From Coriobacteriales bacterium (lineage in GTDB: Bacteria > Actinomycetota > Coriobacteriia > Coriobacteriales > UMGS124), in assembly GCA_017515595.1 (NCBI GenBank), contig JAFWFL010000080.1:1200-65199 (forward strand): DNA of 64,000 nucleotides, written 5' to 3'. Below the pieces are notes generated by a model that was given only the letters and a program-made list of their open reading frames with translations, was not told where the DNA came from and did no database searches. The number at the start of each line of letters is the position of its first letter. Position 1 is the first letter of the stretch. Made by a program: the position numbers and the translations under genes. Of the stretch, positions 21,152 to 28,646 are shown one piece after another.

Positions 21152-22408
21152 TTATATAGTTTTATCGATGATATGCAAGCGCTTAATCTTAAACACAGCA
21201 ACAAGATTTAAACGCGTCTCCATGTCATTAAGAGAGCAATCCAGAATAGACTCTATTTTTGAAAGCTTGTATCGCAGGGTATTTCGGTGCAAAAAAGTAA
21301 TCTGTGCGGTCTCGTTTACACTAAAACCGCATTCTACAAAGCTTTCGAGAATACTTAGAAGATCCTCCTTTTCGTCTTCATACTCAAGAAGCGGCCCAAG
21401 AATTTGATGAAAGTACCCTCGTAGATCTTCAAGATCGTGTTTAAACAGAATACAGTCAAGACCCATTTCATTGAAAAACGAAATTTTTTCTCCCTTTAAG
21501 GTGCCAATCTCAAGAGCAATTTTCGCTTCTTGGAAGCTACGGAAAAGATCTACGGGCTCCTGATATGGCTGTCCTACACCACATGCGAGAGACGATATGC
21601 CGTTGTTCTCGTCAAATGATTTGAGAATATCCTCAAAGAGGCCAATTACTTCTCGTTTTTGATCAGATTTGCAGTTTCCTTTTGTTTCAATTACTGCTGT
21701 TATCATATTCCTGCTGATAGTTGTCCCCGTACTTGTCCCCCATTTTGAAGCGAGAACCCTGTCAACAGTAGTCTTAAGTATCTCTGCTGAATAGGAGTTT
21801 TGCAGAGTAGTAGAATAATCATAGGTACTGACCACCAGAACAAGATGCGGATGGTGAAACTCCCAGCCCCATATTTTGCCCATAGAAATAATATCGCTAT
21901 TGCTTTTTATGTTGCCAAATAACAGGTCATAGAAAAAGGCTTCTTTTAGTCTGCGGTTTTCTTGTTTGATACTTACTCGATTTTTGATGTGTGTCACATA
22001 AAGTGATAACGCCACTTCTATTGAGTCGTTAAACCTAGTGGGGATAGAACTATCTTCATCGCACAGAACGAGACAATATCCAAGCACTTGCTCATTCTGG
22101 GTTATAGTCCATCCGAATGAGCGGTATTGATTTTCTGTTCCCACTAAAACGCATGAAAAGGTGTATTCGTTCTCATTAACAGGCTTGCGCTGTATAATAC
22201 GATAGCCATTAGTTCCGAGGTTGTCCGGCGATGCAGCAACCACCTCTCCGTCAGCAGCCAAAACAACAACGGGACTATTTATCATAAGAGACAGGGCATC
22301 TGTAAGGGCACTGACATTCCGACCGGATGCTATAATCAATTGTTTAATGGTAACCTGCGATGCAGCATTATCATTGTCTGATTTCATGCTCTCACCTGTA
22401 ATTCTCAA
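21152..22408 (-). CDS. PucR/CdaR-family transcriptional regulator
   Basis: 418 aa. The C-terminal HTH ..NETAQITFLHRNTLRYKLSKIESIL is the PucR C-terminal HTH signature. The alternative start ATG 22387 (MKSDNDN) follows GGTGAG. Confidence 0.82.
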   Translation of the reverse strand: MRITGESMKSDNDNAASQVTIKQLIIASGRNVSALTDALSLMINSPVVVLAADGEVVAASPDNLGTNGYRIIQRKPVNENEYTFSCVLVGTENQYRSFGWTITQNEQVLGYCLVLCDEDSSIPTRFNDSIEVALSLYVTHIKNRVSIKQENRRLKEAFFYDLLFGNIKSNSDIISMGKIWGWEFHHPHLVLVVSTYDYSTTLQNSYSAEILKTTVDRVLASKWGTSTGTTISRNMITAVIETKGNCKSDQKREVIGLFEDILKSFDENNGISSLACGVGQPYQEPVDLFRSFQEAKIALEIGTLKGEKISFFNEMGLDCILFKHDLEDLRGYFHQILGPLLEYEDEKEDLLSILESFVECGFSVNETAQITFLHRNTLRYKLSKIESILDCSLNDMETRLNLVAVFKIKRLHIIDKTI

Positions 22409-22416
22409 AGACAGGG

Positions 22417-23109
22417 TTATTGCCAGGCATTATCCAACTCAAGAATAATATCAGCATAGTTTTTAAGGAACCGGGCAACAGCAAGAGCGGCTTGCGGATA
22501 GAGCAGGCATGGCATTGCGGTTTGGATAGCATTTGCGAAACTATCAATCCATACAAGCAGGTGCTTGTTTAAAAAATGCTGTTGGCTAAGCAGGCTTTTC
22601 TTGGCGTTTTCCATATCTCCCTGCTCGTAATATGAAAAAGCAGAGGCGGCCAGGTGTGCCATAAAATCTAACTCAAGAGCAAGATGATCATCTGCTTCAT
22701 GCGGATAATTACTCGGAACATAGCCATGCTGTTTATACAGCCTGCGCACATCAAATGTGCAAGACTGGAAAAGCATACGCTCATCAGTTGCAAAAACTGA
22801 TTCCCAAGGCGGGGCCGGAAGTTTTGATGGCCCAACTAAAAGATGCGTGTATTCGCTTAACAAACTGTCAAGCAAGCTGTCGTGATCTGCCAATCTTTTT
22901 GATGTAATATCCTCAAAAGCATTAAGAAGTATTTGCAGGTTTTCATCATTTTCATTGAATACCATGCCAAGTACGCTGAATGTATACTTATCAGCAAACA
23001 CATCAAGCATGGCATCATCTGGCTCGCTTCCAAAAATTCGATGAAAAAGCTGGTAGCTGTAATGGCACGCAGCCAGTATAACGGCAATGCTATCGTCTTG
23101 TGTAGCCAT
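22417..23109 (-). CDS. TorD/DmsD-family redox-enzyme maturation chaperone (module 1)
   Basis: LLVGPSKLPAPPWESVF..YPHEADDHLALELDFMAHLA is the TorD/DmsD signature. The start is set at ATG 23109 by alignment with the paralog at 37504. The track start at 23127 is a TTG. Confidence 0.85.
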   Translation of the reverse strand: MATQDDSIAVILAACHYSYQLFHRIFGSEPDDAMLDVFADKYTFSVLGMVFNENDENLQILLNAFEDITSKRLADHDSLLDSLLSEYTHLLVGPSKLPAPPWESVFATDERMLFQSCTFDVRRLYKQHGYVPSNYPHEADDHLALELDFMAHLAASAFSYYEQGDMENAKKSLLSQQHFLNKHLLVWIDSFANAIQTAMPCLLYPQAALAVARFLKNYADIILELDNAWQ

Positions 23110-23133
23110 GAATAAAACCGCCTTCAATGTCCC

Positions 23134-23163
23134 GAACCCCTTCCGTCAAACCGGAAGGGGTTC
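23134..23163 (-). other. 12-bp GC-rich hairpin between the Fe-S subunit gene and the chaperone gene (module 1)
   Basis: GAACCCCTTCCG (23134-23145) and CGGAAGGGGTTC (23152-23163) are exact complements with a 6-nt loop. There is no U-tract on the coding strand. Confidence 0.7.
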
Positions 23164-23223
23164 AGAGGTTATTTCTGATGAATGTATATTATCATGCATT
23201 CACTCTGATTACAGACATATATT

Positions 23224-23802
23224 CTAAACTTGTTTTTCTCTGAAATCCGGTAATTCAGCGCATGCTTTGCAGGAAATCAGAAGAGAAGGCTCTGTCATGC
23301 CTGCTGATGGCAGAATGGGGAGTTCACTCACAACGTCATCACCATGCTTCGCTCTGAGCTCATCTAAATCTCCAAATTCAAGAGCCCTCATTGGACATGC
23401 GTCAACACATGCCGGATTCCATCCATTATCGCGAAGCTGTTTGCAGCTGTCGCACTTTTGAACTATGCCCAGAGACTCAATATACTGCGGAACTGAATAA
23501 GGACAAGCTTGGATGCATGACAGGCAGCCAATGCATAGTTCATCATCGTGTTGTACGGTTCCATCTTCAGCAACAAACATGGCTCCAACAGGACATACGG
23601 GAACACATGCCGGATTTGCACAGTGGTTGCAAGTTCCCGAATAGTGATATGCTTTGGTTTGAGGGAATACTCCAACTTCAAAGGTTCGAACATTCCGGAA
23701 AAGAACTCCTATTTCAAGATTATTCTTATCCTTACAAGCAACTTGGCAGGCACGGCATCCGGTGCAGATGGTTTGATCAAAATAGAATCCCAGGGTACCC
23801 AT
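23224..23802 (-). CDS. DmsB-like 4x[4Fe-4S] electron-transfer subunit (module 1)
   Basis: 192 aa with CTGCRACQVAC, CNHCANPACVPVCP, CIGCLSCIQACP and CDSC..ACVDACP. Its ATG overlaps the stop of the A subunit (TAATG). Confidence 0.9.
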   Translation of the reverse strand: MGTLGFYFDQTICTGCRACQVACKDKNNLEIGVLFRNVRTFEVGVFPQTKAYHYSGTCNHCANPACVPVCPVGAMFVAEDGTVQHDDELCIGCLSCIQACPYSVPQYIESLGIVQKCDSCKQLRDNGWNPACVDACPMRALEFGDLDELRAKHGDDVVSELPILPSAGMTEPSLLISCKACAELPDFREKQV

Positions 23803-26510
23803 TACTCGTCATCTCCTTCCACAACAGCGATTCTCTGAGGACGTTCGACATCGGGGAGAAGGGGTTCTCCTGCGTACTTCTCAAACGTTACAATATTCGA
23901 ATTGAAAGCCTCAACACCTTGACCCTGAAGCAGTGCACTTGTCAGAATATTGTCTGCACCGCCCCTGTCGATGCCGGTTTCGGGATCAGGATCTACCCAA
24001 GAACCATGAGGGAGGCTAACAATACCAGGCATAAGCCTCTCGGTAACAACAGCCCTACGCAACGTCTTGCCATTCATGTTCTCGATAAGAACGGTATCGC
24101 CGTCTTCAATTCCCTTTTCGCGAGCATCTGATGCATTGAGATATACAGGGTTCGGAAATGCCTCACGCAGCTGAAGTACGTTGTCAAAACCGCTATGGGC
24201 ACGACGCAGGTAATGCGGGTTGATAATTTGATATGGGTATGCACCTTTCTCTTTGGTTTCCCAATTTTCAAAGGTACATTCATAGCCATTCTTAGGAGGT
24301 ACGTAAGTAGGCAAGGGTTTAATCTCACTCCAGCCTGCTGCATTGATTCGCTCGGCAAGCCCGGTCGAGTAGATCTCGATCTTTCCGCTGGCTGAAGAAG
24401 GCAGAGGATGAGCTTCAGGATCATTACGGAATGCTTCGAAAGCAATATAGCCATAGTTGTCACCGGGGCTACGCTTTACCTGATAGTATCCCGTCTTCAA
24501 GAATTCTTCGAGAGAAATCTTGCCTTCTTGCGGAGTACCCTCAACACCCCATGATTCAATATCTTCTTCAGTGATCGTAATGAGAGGACCATAGTCAACG
24601 CCATTGTCCTGGATTACTGTACAGCTCTTAAGCTCATTAAAGAATTGCTGCTTGGGTCCAAACGGATACACGCTGTCAACGTCAACTCCCAACCGCTTAC
24701 ACAACTCAATATCAATCTCTTGATCAGTTTTTGCTTCAAAGAGAGGCGGCACAACGTTGCGGTAAGCAATAACAACTTCGCGGTTGGGGAAGGAGTTTCT
24801 GGGGAAACCACCAATGGTTTCCCATTCAGTGGTTGTAGGAAGAACAAGGTCAGAGAACATCGCGCTGGTTGAGAGTGTGTAATCCTGTGTGACTACAAAC
24901 TCGACCTGTCTAACTGCTTCGATACCGCTGTTCATATCTTCAGCGGTCTGAAGCTTGTTCATATACTTATAGAAATAAATCATTTCGATATCGATATCTC
25001 GCTCTTCCCTCGGAAGATAGAGACTCTTCCCACAGAAATTATATTTGTGGGTAAGGATTGCATTCCATACCTCGCCCAGATGGATAGCATCATCAACCGG
25101 GTTTGATATTGTAGGAAGTCCGGCTGATCCGGGATTGACCAGCGAGAGACCGCCATTTGCGGTAAAATAGCTGTGGCTTGGGCCTGTCATGTGTCCCGAC
25201 TTACCCATATGGCCGGTCATGGCACCAATTGTCGCAATCATCTGAGGAAGGTTATCGGAATTCTGCGTACGTGCGCTTGCCCAACCACAAACAATGGCAA
25301 CCTTTTTGTCAACACGCATCTCCTGGGCAAGATACCTAATGCGCTCAGGTTCAAGACCGCAGATCTCAGATGCCCATTCAGGTGTCTTAGGAATACCGTC
25401 ATAAGTACCAAGCACATAATCCTTAAAGTTCTCTTCAGGATTAACACCTTCAGGCATATGATCTGCATCAAAACCCAAAGTACAACGGTCAAGGAAGTCC
25501 CAATCAATAAGAGGATTGTTTTCAGGATCATCTTCAGTGATCAGCGTATAGGCAACACCAAGGAGTAATGCCATATCGGTACCGGGGCGTACAGGCAACC
25601 AATCAGCGTCCATAGCTTGGGCAAGGTCATTGTAATAAGGATCAACAGCAATAAACTTGGCACCGGTTTTCTTTGCCTGAGCCCAATGATAATTATTAGT
25701 ACCGGCAGAATTCCATGCAGTATTGAGTGAAATCATAATGATGGTCTCACAATTACGCAGATCAAGCCTGTCGTTAATAGTATCGCGAGACGTGTATGAA
25801 GCCGCCCATTGAATATAGCCGGGGCGGTCAAAGACAGGATAGCTATAAGGCATATAGCCCATTAAAAACGGAGTAACCTGCCAAGAACCATATGAAGTAG
25901 AACCATAGTGAGACACGGCTCCACCATAAGAATTAATAGCGTTACAAGGTCCACCAAATGAAAGGATAGAACGGTTTCCGTACTTCTCGACAACGCGTTT
26001 AATCTCGCTGGACAGGATATCAAAAGCCTCATCCCATGAAATACGCACCCATTCATCCCTGCCGCGCAGCGATTTGTCTCCGCCACCTGGCTCCCAATGC
26101 TTACGCTTCATAGGGTACTTAAGACGGTCAGCTCCAAACACATTCTTGCGCTGGGAACGGCCGCGAATACAACCGCGTTGCTGAGGATAATCTGGTGAAT
26201 CCTCGTGAGTATCGTCTGTTTTCTGACGTACAACTTCGCCGTCTACAACTAATGCATAGTTAGCGCACTGACTACCACAATTGAACCAGCAGGCTGCGGG
26301 AATCCATTCTCCCTTATCACTCACAGCGATGTCCACGGAAGAATTGGTATCTTCTGCTTCAGTTTGTTCTGCACTCACCATATCTGCAAGTGCTAAACCA
26401 TTACCCATATGGCTTGTAAAGGCCAATCCAACGGCACCAACTGCAGCTGCATTCAGGAAGTCTCTCCGGTCAACCATTTTGCCGGCTGCTTGTTTAAGGA
26501 AATCTGACAT
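23802..26510 (-). CDS. Tat-exported DMSO-reductase-family molybdoenzyme, DmsA-like catalytic subunit (module 1)
   Basis: The start is set at ATG 26510, preceded by GGAGGAGTCA. Twin-arginine leader MSDFLKQAAGKMVDRRDFLNAAAVGAVGLAF. FS0 motif CWFNCGSQC..C. DmsA-like blocks DRLKYPMKRK, GTYDGIPKTPEWASEICG and SGKIEIYS. Confidence 0.9.
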   Translation of the reverse strand: MSDFLKQAAGKMVDRRDFLNAAAVGAVGLAFTSHMGNGLALADMVSAEQTEAEDTNSSVDIAVSDKGEWIPAACWFNCGSQCANYALVVDGEVVRQKTDDTHEDSPDYPQQRGCIRGRSQRKNVFGADRLKYPMKRKHWEPGGGDKSLRGRDEWVRISWDEAFDILSSEIKRVVEKYGNRSILSFGGPCNAINSYGGAVSHYGSTSYGSWQVTPFLMGYMPYSYPVFDRPGYIQWAASYTSRDTINDRLDLRNCETIIMISLNTAWNSAGTNNYHWAQAKKTGAKFIAVDPYYNDLAQAMDADWLPVRPGTDMALLLGVAYTLITEDDPENNPLIDWDFLDRCTLGFDADHMPEGVNPEENFKDYVLGTYDGIPKTPEWASEICGLEPERIRYLAQEMRVDKKVAIVCGWASARTQNSDNLPQMIATIGAMTGHMGKSGHMTGPSHSYFTANGGLSLVNPGSAGLPTISNPVDDAIHLGEVWNAILTHKYNFCGKSLYLPREERDIDIEMIYFYKYMNKLQTAEDMNSGIEAVRQVEFVVTQDYTLSTSAMFSDLVLPTTTEWETIGGFPRNSFPNREVVIAYRNVVPPLFEAKTDQEIDIELCKRLGVDVDSVYPFGPKQQFFNELKSCTVIQDNGVDYGPLITITEEDIESWGVEGTPQEGKISLEEFLKTGYYQVKRSPGDNYGYIAFEAFRNDPEAHPLPSSASGKIEIYSTGLAERINAAGWSEIKPLPTYVPPKNGYECTFENWETKEKGAYPYQIINPHYLRRAHSGFDNVLQLREAFPNPVYLNASDAREKGIEDGDTVLIENMNGKTLRRAVVTERLMPGIVSLPHGSWVDPDPETGIDRGGADNILTSALLQGQGVEAFNSNIVTFEKYAGEPLLPDVERPQRIAVVEGDDE

Positions 26511-26988
26511 TGACTCCTCCATCTTAATCAAACAACAAAAAATAGAAAGAGGCCAGATGATAAGTATCGTATTATGCGTTATTTTATGATTTGTTTAGGC
26601 TTTGGCGCCAAAAGCCCACTCTCTCATATGCAAAAACGAAATCCCTCATCTCTCCGATGTCATTTTAACACATCAATTATTCAAACCATATGTTTTAAAG
26701 CACACATTACGGTCCGTTTTTTGTGCACGGGTTACAGTACAAACGCATTCGTGTTGTCATGAATTAGGGAAATATCTGTGCGCAGGAACAATACTGAAGA
26801 GTCCGTTGCTCTTTTATGTTGTGTCCCATGATTTATGTGATCCATGTTTTACCTGCGGGTTTGTAAAATCATCAATGAGATGTGAGGACATTTTTGAGCG
26901 GGTAGGGCACACTTATGGGCAAGCCAGACGTCGTGAAGACATACGAATGGCGTTTATTCAAACTGTTCTCATGAAAGGGGAACTTAGC

Positions 26989-28545
26989 ATGGAAATGAAT
27001 CGTAGGCAATTTGTTGCTTCATCCGCAGCCGCTGCAGCTCTCGCCGCAAGCGCAGGTATTGTTTCTTCTGCAGCAGCAGACGAGGCTCCTGCCCAGTCAT
27101 GGCGTGTCCGCCCGGCAGCCGTAACCGAGTTTGCCGAGGAAATCGACGCTGACGTTGTTGTTGCCGGCGCCGGCATCAGCGGTGTTTGCGCAGCTCTCAA
27201 GGCTGTTCAGATGGGCGCAAAGACTGTTGTTCTTCAGAAGAGCCCCTACGTTATGACCCACGGCGGCAACTTTGGCGCCATCAACGACCGTTTCCAGAAG
27301 GAAGCCGGCAACCCCGAGATTGACCCCATGGACATTCTTCAGCATCACCTCAAGTACAACAACTATCGTCCGCAGTTTGAGTACGCAAAGTGCATCTTCG
27401 CCGAGAGCGCCGAGACTCTCGAATGGATTGCCGACTCAACCGACACCACCTGGAAGGCCTCCACTCCTCGTGAGACCAACAAGATGGACTGGGACAACAC
27501 CACCTTTGTTACCGGCCACAGCAACAGCGCCGGCAAGGCAATTGACCTTGCAAACGTTATCATGAACAAGGCCATTGAGCTTGGCGCCGAGCTTCTGCTC
27601 TCAACCCCCATTGTTGACACCATCGAGGACGAGAACGGCCGCGTTATCGCCGCTGTTGCCCAGCGTCTCGAGGATGGCGCTTACATCAAGGTAAACGCTG
27701 CTAAGGCCGTTATCCTCTCCACCGGCGACTACGGTTCAAACTATGAGATGTGCGCCGAGATGTGCCCCTGGGTTGTTGGCACCCACAACTACTACAACCC
27801 CAACGACAACACCGGTGACGGCCACAAGATTGGTACCTGGCTGGGCGCCAAGATGGAGACCCTGCCCCACACCAAGATGGCCCACATCCACAACTCAATC
27901 GACGGCAGCAACCTCACCGACTCTCCCGTCAAGAGCGACCCCTTCCTCTGGGTTAACCAGGACGGCAAGCGTTTCGCCAACGAGCACATGGAGTATGCAA
28001 TGGTCTGCAACACCGTGCGCGAGCAGCCGGGCGACGTCTTCTATGTAGTTCATGACGCAAACTACAACGCTCAGCGCGCAGCCTTCCTCAACGCCAAGGG
28101 CGAAATCAAGGACGAGCAGATCGAGACCGCAATCGAGCTTGGTTACACCGTTAAGGCCGACACTCTTGAGGAGTGCGCAGCTGCCATGGACATTCCTGCA
28201 GAGGCTCTTCTTGAGACCGTTGCCCGTTACAACGAGCTCGCAGCTGCCGGTATGGACGAGGACTTTGGCAAGCCTGCTCAGGATCTTCAGCCCATCGAGA
28301 CCGCTCCGTTCTATGTAACCCGCACCTACACCCCCATGGACGTAACCATGGGCGGCCTTATGGTCAACACGAAGATGCAGGTTCTCAAGGAGGACGGCAG
28401 CATCATTGAGGGTCTTTATGCAACCGGTAACACCGCCGGCGGCTTCTACGGCGGCATTGACTATGACCTCGAAGTAGACGCATTCAGCCTTGGCCGCGCC
28501 GTAACTTCCGGCCGCCTTGCCGCTCAGTACGCCTGCGCCGAGTAA
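26989..28545 (+). CDS. Tat-exported FAD-dependent oxidoreductase (fumarate-reductase/flavocytochrome-c flavoprotein-like)
   Basis: The start is set at ATG 26989 (MEMNRRQFVASSAAAAALAASAGIVSSAAA, a Tat leader), after AAAGGGGAA. Rossmann motif DVVVAGAGISGVCAAL. C-terminal GLYATGNTAGGFYGG. The 129 upstream codons of the track ORF are rejected. Confidence 0.87.
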   Translation: MEMNRRQFVASSAAAAALAASAGIVSSAAADEAPAQSWRVRPAAVTEFAEEIDADVVVAGAGISGVCAALKAVQMGAKTVVLQKSPYVMTHGGNFGAINDRFQKEAGNPEIDPMDILQHHLKYNNYRPQFEYAKCIFAESAETLEWIADSTDTTWKASTPRETNKMDWDNTTFVTGHSNSAGKAIDLANVIMNKAIELGAELLLSTPIVDTIEDENGRVIAAVAQRLEDGAYIKVNAAKAVILSTGDYGSNYEMCAEMCPWVVGTHNYYNPNDNTGDGHKIGTWLGAKMETLPHTKMAHIHNSIDGSNLTDSPVKSDPFLWVNQDGKRFANEHMEYAMVCNTVREQPGDVFYVVHDANYNAQRAAFLNAKGEIKDEQIETAIELGYTVKADTLEECAAAMDIPAEALLETVARYNELAAAGMDEDFGKPAQDLQPIETAPFYVTRTYTPMDVTMGGLMVNTKMQVLKEDGSIIEGLYATGNTAGGFYGGIDYDLEVDAFSLGRAVTSGRLAAQYACAE

Positions 28546-28574
28546 AACACACGCTCAATCATACGCAGTCAGTA

Positions 28575-28609
28575 AAGGCCGTGCAGTTTAAACTGCACGG
28601 CCTTTTTTA
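28575..28609 (+). terminator. Rho-independent terminator after the flavoprotein gene
   Basis: Stem GGCCGTGCAGT/ACTGCACGGCC (28577-28587 / 28592-28602) followed by TTTTTT (28603-28608). Confidence 0.85.
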
Positions 28610-28612
28610 TGG

Positions 28613-28645
28613 CTTCCCCTTGAGGGGAAGGCTTCTTTATTTTTG
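28613..28645. terminator. Second hairpin (CTTCCCC-TTGA-GGGGAAG) plus a T-rich tail in the convergent intergenic region
   Basis: 7-bp GC stem at 28613-28630 followed by GCTTCTTTATTTTT. It lies between the convergent genes ending at 28545 (+) and 28647 (-) and probably serves both directions together with the previous hairpin. Confidence 0.5.
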
Positions 28646-28646
28646 G

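Noticed and set aside
19005-26510. Selenocysteine (in-frame UGA) recoding in the three molybdoenzyme catalytic subunits.
   Set aside because: All three ORFs are uninterrupted at full length, so no UGA read-through is needed. No SECIS-like hairpin was sought further.
26602-26988. A 129-codon N-terminal extension of the flavoprotein ORF in the six-frame track (MAPKAHSLICKNEIPH..).
   Set aside because: The Tat leader (MEMNRRQFVASS..) and an SD sit at 26989. The upstream part is low-GC, Cys/His/Phe-rich sequence with no SD, and it would bury the signal peptide. I treat it as non-coding.
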